Assembly: GCA_002811645.1 (NCBI GenBank) | Contig: PDIP01000032.1 | Coordinates: 62,001 to 126,000, forward strand | Source of the DNA: Corallochytrium limacisporum Hawaii | Lineage: Eukaryota; Protista; Pluriformea | DNA length: 64,000 bases | Reading direction: 5' to 3' | Part shown: one piece after another, positions 22,425 through 32,670 of the stretch | Numbering within the stretch: the stretch's first letter is position 1 | How the letters are laid out: each line of letters begins with the position of its first letter | Notes under the pieces: model-generated | Databases searched by the model: none | What the model was told of the DNA's origin: nothing | What the model saw: the letters and a program-made list of their open reading frames with translations, nothing else | Made by a program: the position numbers and the translations under genes

Positions 22425-23987
22425 ATGACTGAGCTGCGCGGACCAAGCGCGTTCTTTGACAACGCGGAGCGGGCTATTGAACAAAAGGCTGATGTCAGCC
22501 TCAGTGAAACATACCGTCCGGTAGATCAGGACGAAGCGGACGATTTTTTTGAGAGCAGTTTCGTTGTTGAGAGTCTGCTCACTTTCGCAAGACAGAATGT
22601 CCCCCATGCCGGGGATCCCAGTTCGGCACCCAATGTACAGGTTGCACTCCAGTTTAGCGACGACCTGCTGGCAGGTTCGGACATGGCTGTGCGTGGACTC
22701 AAGAAAAAGCTGGAAGCCAGCAAGGACGAGTATGTCTTCAATCTGTTTGTGTTAGCGGATACGTCCTACAGTCCATGCTGTGTTGACGAAGTGGCTGCTG
22801 AGCACTACAATGCGCATGTAGTCGTGCACTATGGTAGGTCATGCCTATCACAACCGTCCAAGACACATACGATCTTTGCATTCACTAGACCCAAATTCGA
22901 CATTGACGCATTGATCAGCAATACCGTAAGTGCGATCAGGGGTTTGGACGAGGAGCTTCAGTCAGGGGTACTGATCTGTGACACGAGGTACCAGTTTGCA
23001 TGCGATGAATTCTTGTCGAAGTTGTTGAGGGAGCTAGAAGGGTCATCGCGAAAGATATTTGGCAGCGACTTAGTTGTACCGGAAGGGCCGTTAAGCCTTA
23101 CCAGTAGCCAAAAAGATGAAAGCTCAGAATCTGTGGTCATGAATAGGCGAGTCCTCGCAGTTCCAGAAGGATTCGATCCGGCCAAGGCTTTCATTGTCTT
23201 CATGGGACCTCAAAGTGCCACAAGCGAGAACATCATGATGACTATGAGCAAGTCAAAATTCCTCCTGGCCAATCCAAGGGACTGCACGTGTGAGCTGGAC
23301 AGGGCTGCAGGTAGATTGCTCATGAAACGCTACTACATGGTGCAGCGGGCAAGGGAAGCTCACTTGGTCGGTGTGCTCGTTGGTACTCTTTCGGCAGCCC
23401 GTTATAAGGATGCCCTCCAGTATGTCAAGCAAGAGGTAAAATCTACTGGCCGCAAATGCTACACTTTCGTCGTAGGCAAGCTGAATATTGCAAAGCTTGC
23501 TAATTTTGCGGAGATCGATATCTTTGTTGTTGTGGCCTGCCCGGAGAGTACTTTGATGGACTCCCAGGATTTCTTCAAACCAATTGTCACCCCATTCGAA
23601 ATGCACATGGCATGCAATCCTAAACTGGAATGGACCGGTGACTACGAGACGGACTACCTCCATTTAATCGAAGGGTGGCAGAATGCGTTGGCCAACGCTG
23701 ACGAGCGCGCTCAGGATCTTCCCGAGTACAGTTTCATCACCGGCAAGTTGGTTCCCGCAAAGATGGACCTTGACACCGCCTCGGAGGATGCGCAGAACCT
23801 GGCCGTGATGCGAGGTCAGGATGCTCTAATTGCGGCCAGTCTCCAACAGAGCGGCGCCGCAGCACGCCTACAGGAACGCGAGTATCAGGGACTTGATCCC
23901 CGGTTCGGAGAGACCGAGGTTCAGGAGACGATCAAACAAGGTCGCATTGGAATTGCGAAGGGCTATACCCACGAGACTGAGGATTAG
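22425..23987 (+). CDS. DPH2: Diphthamide biosynthesis protein 2
   Basis: VALQFSDDLL, LADTSYSPCCVDEVAAEH, VVHYGRSCLS, VGKLNIAKLANFAEID, ACPE and C-terminal GRIGIAKGY. Confidence 0.92.
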   Translation: MTELRGPSAFFDNAERAIEQKADVSLSETYRPVDQDEADDFFESSFVVESLLTFARQNVPHAGDPSSAPNVQVALQFSDDLLAGSDMAVRGLKKKLEASKDEYVFNLFVLADTSYSPCCVDEVAAEHYNAHVVVHYGRSCLSQPSKTHTIFAFTRPKFDIDALISNTVSAIRGLDEELQSGVLICDTRYQFACDEFLSKLLRELEGSSRKIFGSDLVVPEGPLSLTSSQKDESSESVVMNRRVLAVPEGFDPAKAFIVFMGPQSATSENIMMTMSKSKFLLANPRDCTCELDRAAGRLLMKRYYMVQRAREAHLVGVLVGTLSAARYKDALQYVKQEVKSTGRKCYTFVVGKLNIAKLANFAEIDIFVVVACPESTLMDSQDFFKPIVTPFEMHMACNPKLEWTGDYETDYLHLIEGWQNALANADERAQDLPEYSFITGKLVPAKMDLDTASEDAQNLAVMRGQDALIAASLQQSGAAARLQEREYQGLDPRFGETEVQETIKQGRIGIAKGYTHETED

Positions 23988-24092
23988 TACAGATCATAAG
24001 AACTCTTTAAAGAACGAAACATGGTACTACTACTTGACATTTATAAAACTTTCATGAATGAGAATATGTACATAGTATGCAATAAAAGCAGG

Positions 24093-24863
24093 TTAGAACT
24101 GTGCAAGCCATTTCTCAACCGCATCAATCTTCCCTTGCTTCACACTGCACTCCACAAACTGAACGTCGTTAGGGAGCTGATCAAAGTCAAAGTCAGTATC
24201 ATCGTCACCAACTGTGGCCTGCTGTGCACTAGCACCCGTTGATTCAAGTGATGCCTCGCGAGTCTTCCGAGTCAGATTGATTTCCGTGCTCAGGGCCTTG
24301 CGAACTTTTGTCGCACTCTGTGCCAGCAGCACATCCTGCTTATTGCAAACAATCAGGATAGGAATACCCATCTTCTGCACAGGTGTTTCCGCAAAGATTT
24401 CAAACAGAGCCTCTGCAATGTCCCGTACGCTGGATATGACTGCTGAGGAGTCAATCACAACGATGATGCCCCTGGCGGTGGGCATGTACCGCTTGTTAGC
24501 AGCGAGGCGTATCCGCTCCGCTCCGGGTAGATCGACCAGATTCATGGTCTTCCCGCTAGACTCGCTGAGCACAAAGCCAGGCTGAATGTTTTCTCGACGA
24601 CTAAGGAAAGTCATACCGTGGGGCATGCCCAAAAGTCTGCGGAACAGAGATGTCTTACCCGCCCCGGAAGTTCCCGTCAGCAACAGCGCCGGTCCAGTGG
24701 GCCCTTTCTTTGTTGCCGAAGAAACAAATGTGTGGTACACAAGGTAGATGGTGCCAAGGACGGCTGCGATCACAGCCACAATTACACCAACTAAAAGGAC
24801 AATATCGGTATCATCTTCATCGAAGTGGTACTCGACCCCTTCCTTCACGTCAAATGTTTCCAT
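24093..24863 (-). CDS. SRPRB: Signal recognition particle receptor beta subunit
   Basis: N-terminal TM, P-loop GTSGAGKT, DLPGAERIR, CNKQD and EINLTRKTR. Confidence 0.9.
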   Translation of the reverse strand: METFDVKEGVEYHFDEDDTDIVLLVGVIVAVIAAVLGTIYLVYHTFVSSATKKGPTGPALLLTGTSGAGKTSLFRRLLGMPHGMTFLSRRENIQPGFVLSESSGKTMNLVDLPGAERIRLAANKRYMPTARGIIVVIDSSAVISSVRDIAEALFEIFAETPVQKMGIPILIVCNKQDVLLAQSATKVRKALSTEINLTRKTREASLESTGASAQQATVGDDDTDFDFDQLPNDVQFVECSVKQGKIDAVEKWLAQF

Positions 24864-27800
24864 TGTTTATACGGTGTTGTTTCTAAACTGACTCTAAATC
24901 TTCAACTGGGCATTCATCGTCATCCTAAAAGCTGGCCAGTAAGCACCACATGCGAACTTGATTCCCTTCATGAGCATGCTATGGGTTGTAGAGAACGCCG
25001 TCAGAACTACCTGAACTGCGGCACTCATGCACTAAGTATGTTTACTGGAACCCCCCGTCTGTGTGTTTGGCCCGGAAAAGTTACACGCACAGAATGATGC
25101 CATCCAAATTAGCTGAACCCCTATTACCGAATATAATGATATTGAAAATTGAGGAGGCGGGGGTGGTCGTTGTGCCCAAAGCGCCACCAAGCAGCTTAGC
25201 TAGTTGGGATATTTGCGCAGCAGCGCACTCAACAGAGATTGAAGCCATCCAGTGAACATCCATGGCGCTTTAGTACTATCAGTGTGCGCACGACGTCAAG
25301 CATTCTATAGAGGAGTTTGTTTCCATGTCCTTCGAAAGCCTTCATCGCCAATCTGTGTGGTCCATTCGCTGCAATGACAAGATGGGTCACGCTAACACGA
25401 ATAGTAGTCACAATGGGTACACCGGCTCAAAGATGAATCGCGTGAATGGAGACACCCTTGGCCTGACCAATACGTACCTCTGGGGACACCACTGCTACAG
25501 ACAGGACGATGTCCGTCAACATATATTCGGTACACTATGCAGGCTAAGGTCAATCCTGCCCACTCATCCACCGCTGTCCGTAGCAACAGAGCGGAGCGCT
25601 GAAGTGAGTAAGGTTGGGGGTTCACATCGTACGGTGAGGAGTTCTCTAGTTAATGACGTGAGTATCACCAACCTTGGAGGGACTATTGATGACGTTGACT
25701 TGATGCAGCAACGGCAATTGCAGGGGGAACACAGAAGCAACGGGAATTTTTCTTCAGAGAAGCCGTTACACTCATTACTGACAAGGTCTGCACAAGACGC
25801 TGGAGTGGTAACGCAGAAGTCGACGGTCTACGACGAGGACCACTTCCCACAAGAATTCTGCTAATACTCGCAATCGGTACTGAGTCAGCCTCGCAGATCC
25901 AGACATTCAGCCACTCAGCCGGCTATCGCACCTTACCTCTCTTCCACACGATGGGTGGCCCTTCATTTCCTCGTGTGGTAGAGAGCGCTTTTTGAAAAAG
26001 GAGAACGTGCAAAAGCTTCCCCAGGGATCCAAAGGAAAACTCACCACGCCCCTCTCACCCCCACGCATCTCCGGCCAGCGTTCTCTTGGTGGCGACTGCC
26101 TCTGCCAAAACTTTGCGGAGGCCTACCTCGGTCGCTGGCGCTGCCGCACGAGGTTTGAGAGAACCGGAGAGAAGGCGATGAGTGTGGAGGTGGAAGCCCT
26201 GCGGATAACGGCTCTTGCGGACCAAGAGATCCGGCACATCGATCCAATTTTGGAAAGGAGGAGAAGAGCATGCGCCAGGTATGTAAACAAAGGAGAAAGT
26301 GGATGACTTTGATCCATGATATGCAAGATAGTTGCACGCAGAGCACATCAGACGAGGATGGTAAAACACATGGAAATGGGGATCCCCAATCCTCTCGTGT
26401 ATGGTGCCAAAGACGAAAGGGGGGATGAAAAAACAAAAGTGGGAACGAAAGAGATGGAGGAACACGAACGAACTTGGCCGACCATTGACGCACTCAAGGG
26501 CTCAGCCGCGGTGCTCGACGTTAAATTGGGGGCCTGATTCCTGCCCCAATTCCCGAGTGCTCATTGTTTTAGTATAGGAATCAGACGGAGAGAGGGAGCC
26601 AGAACCACCCGTGATGAGAACAAAGGAAGGTAACGCCAAGCGGACCAAATATAATCACAGAATAGAAACTTGTTTCACAACTTGCGCACGGGGGGAGGGG
26701 CGGCGATTTGAACCAGCCCGAATTTCTCTGGCCCATTGTTTCCGGTATCGGACGCATTGGGACGAGTAGGGGGGAGGAAGGCAAAAAAGAAGTAAATACC
26801 GGCAAAAGCACGGGAGAACATTGACCAAAAATGGTCTTGGTCGGCGAGGGTGGGCATAGGCTCTCACGTTTTACTGGTCTTGGGAATCCGGGGGACAAGC
26901 AGGTCATATATTCAATATGGCATGTTACCACATGAAACGGACACTTGCTAGTAATTTCGAAAGTCGATGAGAAGGGTGGTAGACGAAACAGAAATTTCGG
27001 GAGGTACCAAAAGAAGGAAATGAAAAGGTGAGTAGTAGATACGGGATCTTCCTCAGATGCAATCTTCGTCTCTGTACATAGGCAATGTACTCCCCGTCCG
27101 AAAGGTGGAGCCCCTTGGGATCTAGCTAGGGATTAACATGGTCAAGGTAGGCACAGGGAATGTCATACGTTGGTAAAGGTACCGTCATGCAGCCCTCGAC
27201 AGACACCATGGCACACTGATGAAGAGCGCAGCGGAGACAGTGAAGGGATGCCGTGGCGATGTGGAACTTGTTGCAAGGTTTAACTAAACCGGGATATGGT
27301 CAATGTGATACCGACTGGGTGTTGGTAGAGCAGTCGATGGGCTGTGAAACAAAAAGTCCACGGTTGTATACATAAATCGGACACGCTTTGCAATGGTGTT
27401 GATGTCCCAACAGTTCTTCGCGCCGGGACCTAGAAGGCCGTATGACCACATCAAGGTATGTATGAGAAGGATGCTCAGCAGAATGTGCTACTTTCCTATA
27501 CAGAACCTAGGGACATCCAGCTCCGCCAAATCACCATTTCCCCTTCCACTTCCGCCTTTTCGGGACATGCCGCAAGTAATTTGACGGGGTAAAATGCGAA
27601 CGAAGCCAGAAAAAAGTGTCAACACATTACTGAAAAGCATATATGTTTATCACATAATTCGCACAATATGACATCTCATCAAGGTATCTGTGCGCATTCC
27701 CCCACGGTAACAGCCAAAATTGGCCAATCGCAGTCCACAGAAACCCTTCCCTCAAGCGAAGAGGCCTCCCCTCCCCTTCGTCCTCGCCGGGAATGTCTGA

Positions 27801-28155
27801 GAATAACTCGCAGGCCATTCAGTACAGCACTACGGCTCATTTACATTTCGATGGGTGTGCCAAATTGTCAAAAAAAAAAAGGGGGGAGTGAAAAATCTCA
27901 GATCGCTACAAATTCTCGATTTCTTTAAATGAATTGCAAAGATCCTCCTCCCCGCTCCCTTCCTCGTTCTTCCCGGCTTCCTTACTCATCGATGACTGGG
28001 CCCCAGACCAACACACCCCCCCCCCGCGGGGGGGAGACACAGGGCACACGTTTGAACTCTGCGGACGTCGAGTACAAAATGTGCCGGTAAAAAGATCGGC
28101 CAAGTGGCACGCACACATACCATGCGGGCGCCAGAAAAAAACGAAGGGGTGCGCG

Positions 28156-28175
28156 TGTGTGTGTGTGTGTGTGTG
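28156..28175. repeat. (GT)n microsatellite
   Basis: About 10 GT units are seen directly. Confidence 0.85.
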
Positions 28176-29138
28176 CCGTGGACCTTACTCACCGGTCGGT
28201 CGGTCGTCTGGTTAGAGCGAGGGTTCTCCAGGGGGGGGGGCTTGCCCTGCCCATTGAACACTGTGCGTCATCTGCCTCTCTGTCTGCTCTCTCGTGTGTG
28301 TATATATGGTCCACTTTCGGTTCGAGGCTACCGCCAACGTCTTCTTTTTTTCCTCGGTTCTCTCCCCTTTTTCCATGGGGAAGAAAGGGATTCGGGACCA
28401 AGAAAGGCTTTTTCTCCATTGTTTCAGCACTTTAGACGGGTCCCCGCTCAGGAGACGCAGGGGACCGACCCTTCCCGTTCACTTGCGCACCGCACCGTAG
28501 CCGGTCGTCCCCCAGTTAAACTGAGATCTTCCCCCCCCCTTTTGGATTAGTCTCTCTCTCTCTCCCCCCCCCCCCCAATCCTCTGTCACTTCAGTGTTTC
28601 GTGGTGCCCCTTTTTTACTATAGCTTTTCTGTGGGTGAGCACTTTCAGTCCGACCGAAACCGGTATGCCAGATCCACGAAGCCTCGCTTCGCCTGGGGAA
28701 AGGGGGGGGAAGAGGCACGATCTTGGCCCTGTAAGAACTGGGTGGACGCTTGCTGATCGCCTCAACGGAGGGTATCGGTACAATATCTCGTTCAATGGCT
28801 CATATTTCCCCAGTGTGTACAGATGCCTAAATTGTGGTAATCAATTGCGTATCATATTGTACACACACGGTGGATAGATTTGGTTGCTACTGATGTCATG
28901 CATTTCATTGTCTCTGGAATGCCCCGAGATACTGGTTGATCACGAAGGTATGTAGAGGACGGTATCCTCGTAGTCTACCACATTTGATTTAGTGATATCG
29001 AGCGACTGACCATAAAATAGTTACATGTGTGTAGTCAGTCCCCACAGAAGAATCTGAAAGGGGCGAGTTCCTTTATTTTTGTGATCGATATGTCTGGCAA
29101 GAACAGTTTTATTCTGGTGCGATAGATCGGTTTCAGGC

Positions 29139-31946
29139 ATGTCAAGAAGGGCAAGCTTTGTGGCCCTTGTGGCCGCAGGGCTTGTGCCGATGGCGCATGT
29201 TTCAGCACAGAATGATAGCACGACCAGTGGGAAGCACTGGGAAGGTCTAATGCAGGGTGATGTGACCGACGCAGCGGCGAAGACTGGGAACGACGCGGCT
29301 CCTGGGTCTCGCTCAGGATCTATGAATTTGGGCGCACGGGGTGCCAAGGCATTAGTCTATGGTGGCCGTGGGTACGACAGGAATAGATCTTTAGGTTACC
29401 TTGCAGATGTTTGGGAGTATGATCAGTTTTCAAATACCTGGTCTCTCATTGACGGACCCATCAATGCTGACTACCCAGCACAGGTACCAAACGATGACAA
29501 ACCGAATGTGGTTCCTCATCCAGGCGCTCGTCATCTCGGTGCGAGTTGGATTAGTGGAGAAAATGTGTATGTGTTTGGAGGCATTGGTGTGGACCAATTT
29601 GATAATACTGGTGTGCTTGGAGATCTGTGGCAGTACGACCGGAACCAGAAGGTCTGGACAACACTTGGCGGTGAAGAAGGCGTAAGCTTCGACAGGAACA
29701 TATTAGAGGATGCCCAGAAGGCAACTAAACAACCCATTGCGCGGAACCGAGGTGCAGCTGCAATTGACGGACGTGGCCAACTATACCTGTACGGAGGTGC
29801 TGCAGATATTGATAACACAAGATTCTTGGAGGATTTATGGTGCTATGACCCAAGTACTGGGTCGTGGACAAAACTGCAGGAACAAGGAAATAGTTTACGT
29901 CAAGGACCTATTCGCAATGGTGTCGGTGTGGTGGAACCTGACCCTCCACCGCCAGCTGAGGTGGACGAACCTGATCACAATGAAGAGCCTGCCGAGGGAG
30001 ATCAGCCTGCGGACCAGGAACAGCAAGACCAACCTGCTGACCAGGAACAGCAAGACCAACCTACTGACCAAGAGCAGCAAGAATCTGAACCTGAGGAAGA
30101 GCAAAACCCTGCCTTAGCGGAGGCTCGATCGGCTTCCCGTCGCCGCCGCCGTCGCCAGCAGGCTGGTGACCGCCCAGGCACTCGCTCTGGTTCTGTTGCC
30201 TTTATGACCACCGGACTTACTTCTTCTGGGGGCGACGCCTTCTGCCTTTTTGGAGGATTTGGTCCCACAGGCAACGGGTCCGTTGCCACACTTGGAGACT
30301 TCTGGTGCTTCGACGTGAGTGGCAGATTCTGGGAAGAGATTACTGATATTGGATTGCCGGAAGCTCGACAGGATTCTGGTGTGTTTACGCATGATGGAAA
30401 CGTCTATGTTCTCGGTGGCTACCGCAACACTGGCGCAGGTGGCGGTGTTGACGTCGTCCTTGAGGGCGTCGCCTTTGTTCAAAAGGCAAGGCAATGGGCC
30501 ACTTTAAAGACTGATTCGCAGGAAGTTCCGCTACCTCCGTCGCGCGGTGAAAACATTCTCTGGACCCTTGACAATGGAAGTCTAATTCTTGGCTTCGGCG
30601 CCGACTCACGGGGTCGATTGCTTCGTGATGTGTGGCAAACCTCTTGTGGCGATTCTTGCGTGCCTGAGGTTGGTGAGCGAGTTATTCCAGATAGTAGCGC
30701 CGACAGCTCTGGTGCGCAAAATGATGTGCCCATGTACATTGGCATCGCGGTCGGTGGATTCGTTCTGGTGGTAGTCGTAGCGGGTTACGTGGCCAAGAAA
30801 CGTTTATCAGACAATGAAGATACTTTGCCTCAGTGGGACCTCCACGCGCGTGATGACACCGCCACCAGTCTGACCGTGCGTTCGGGTTCCACAGCTGAAC
30901 TTATGTCTAGGATGGGTTCCGTGGGCACTCTGTCCACTGTGAACATGGTCTCGTCCAAGAAAGGCAAATCCATTCTGGTTGAGAACCCAGAAATGATGAA
31001 AGAGGTTGCAAAGTACAAGATCCGCGAACCGGATGGCATTGCTAAGGAAGAAAACCTTCGCTGCGATCTCATTTTGGCGTCCCGCGTTGCAAAGCCATTC
31101 ACGACTCATGCTGGGCGTATGCGCAATCACGCGGACCTCAAATGCAAGCGCGAGCCAGAGGAGGAGATCCTCTATGAAGTCGCTCCCGTAGTTATTCGAA
31201 AGGCCGTCACGCCCAATCAACCGGAAGGCGAGGAGCTAAAGTCCATAGCTATGGTTGACCTCCTTACGTGCTCATGGAAGACCATGTTGGAGTTGGGTAC
31301 CAATCCTCACATTGTGCGCGTGTACGGACGGTCCGAAGAGGGCCACGTGATCTACGAGGCCTGCCAGTTTGGTACGTTGGAAGAATATCTCCCGAGCTAT
31401 ATGGTTGGCAGTCCAACGGCCCAGATTGCGGTCATTGCCTTCACGTACCAACTCTGTTTTGCTCTCCAAGATTTGCACCAGAGGGGTATGTGCCACGGTA
31501 TGCTCGTTCCGCACAACCTAGTCCTGTCTGACCCTGGTGTTCTCAAGCTTGCTGATGTGGGCGTTCGCAGGAAGAGTACAAAGCCGCTCGTGAGCGCCGG
31601 ACTGAAGAACTTTAGGCGCAGTGAGTTGCCACCTGAAGACACCGTCACTCGAGGGACGGACGTCTGGATGTTTGCTCAGATTGTGCACTGGATGATGATT
31701 GAAGCGTTTGATCTCGACACTCCCGTCGATGACCTGAATGAACAAGCGCGAGCCTTCAAACGCTACTACCATCGCATGTACGCTTCCTGTATGGTAGAGG
31801 ATCCTGATAGCCGACCAAAGATCGACACCATCCTGCAAGAGATTAGTGCGATATACAGGCCGCGTACGGGCGGCTCCACCCGTCTCAGCCTCAGCGCTCA
31901 GGAGGCCAGTTACAGGATTTCTCAGTTCAACTCGAACATGGATTGA
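29139..31946 (+). CDS. Single-pass receptor: signal peptide + Kelch-repeat ectodomain + TM + tyrosine-kinase-like pseudokinase
   Basis: Hydrophobic N-terminus; repeated GG...DLW/DVW.YD...W Kelch units; TM YIGIAVGGFVLVVVVAGYVA; kinase fold NPHIVRVYG, YEACQFGTL, HGMLVPHN, KLADVG, DVWMF and RP. Confidence 0.85.
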   Translation: MSRRASFVALVAAGLVPMAHVSAQNDSTTSGKHWEGLMQGDVTDAAAKTGNDAAPGSRSGSMNLGARGAKALVYGGRGYDRNRSLGYLADVWEYDQFSNTWSLIDGPINADYPAQVPNDDKPNVVPHPGARHLGASWISGENVYVFGGIGVDQFDNTGVLGDLWQYDRNQKVWTTLGGEEGVSFDRNILEDAQKATKQPIARNRGAAAIDGRGQLYLYGGAADIDNTRFLEDLWCYDPSTGSWTKLQEQGNSLRQGPIRNGVGVVEPDPPPPAEVDEPDHNEEPAEGDQPADQEQQDQPADQEQQDQPTDQEQQESEPEEEQNPALAEARSASRRRRRRQQAGDRPGTRSGSVAFMTTGLTSSGGDAFCLFGGFGPTGNGSVATLGDFWCFDVSGRFWEEITDIGLPEARQDSGVFTHDGNVYVLGGYRNTGAGGGVDVVLEGVAFVQKARQWATLKTDSQEVPLPPSRGENILWTLDNGSLILGFGADSRGRLLRDVWQTSCGDSCVPEVGERVIPDSSADSSGAQNDVPMYIGIAVGGFVLVVVVAGYVAKKRLSDNEDTLPQWDLHARDDTATSLTVRSGSTAELMSRMGSVGTLSTVNMVSSKKGKSILVENPEMMKEVAKYKIREPDGIAKEENLRCDLILASRVAKPFTTHAGRMRNHADLKCKREPEEEILYEVAPVVIRKAVTPNQPEGEELKSIAMVDLLTCSWKTMLELGTNPHIVRVYGRSEEGHVIYEACQFGTLEEYLPSYMVGSPTAQIAVIAFTYQLCFALQDLHQRGMCHGMLVPHNLVLSDPGVLKLADVGVRRKSTKPLVSAGLKNFRRSELPPEDTVTRGTDVWMFAQIVHWMMIEAFDLDTPVDDLNEQARAFKRYYHRMYASCMVEDPDSRPKIDTILQEISAIYRPRTGGSTRLSLSAQEASYRISQFNSNMD
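30000..30080 (+). repeat. 27-bp coding tandem repeat (DQP[AT]DQEQQ x3)
   Basis: Three near-identical 27-bp units are seen directly. Confidence 0.9.
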
Positions 31947-32670
31947 TCATCACGTCAAGGCGGATGATAACTGTAAATAGAAACTGTAGATGATTGTATA
32001 TATTGCGATTGACAAAATCCCAGTTGCAAGGATTCACGTTGCCGTGCTTGGTACGTGCGGTACTTGATGAGGAGAAGTAGGGGGTGCGAAGAGAGCGATG
32101 AAGATATGAGCAGCGCAAGTCCCACTGTTCCCAATATGAAATGTTGGTACAATTTCTTCCTTCCTTGGCCTCCCGTCTTACTTTCCTCCCTCTACCTCTT
32201 GGCACCCACCCTTCTCCCTGGGAAGCGGGGGCGGCCGGGTTTGCCTCGCGTACCCCGCCTTCCCTTCTGAATATTGTGTATACCCCGAGCAGCAATAAAC
32301 TCTCAGTAGAGAGAGTATGGCGCTCGAGTGCCTTCTACCTAGGCCAAGGAGGGTGACGGTCGGGGGTCAGTCTCCGGGTGGGGGAGGGATTGGACTGGAG
32401 ACCGGCATTCGGCTCCCGGGAGGGGGCCGAGGGTACGTGCGCCGTGGCAGAGGCTGCGGTTTCTGCGGCCGTTTAAGCGTGCGCGTTTTCTGCTGGCTGC
32501 GGAGAGCTACTTCTGGACTGCTCAATGTAAGGAGGATAATGATCTGATAAGGTATTTATTATAAAGGCACAGTGCAGATCAAAGGACTGCAAAGAATGGA
32601 CAAGAGCAGACGATAGAATATTGGTATTCAGAGCAATTGCCACTGGCAGTCCTGGGGAACTATCGATAGG

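Noticed and set aside
25325-25864. 179-aa ATG-initiated ORF
   Set aside because: No recognisable domain or coding-like composition. Left uncalled, though it cannot be excluded.
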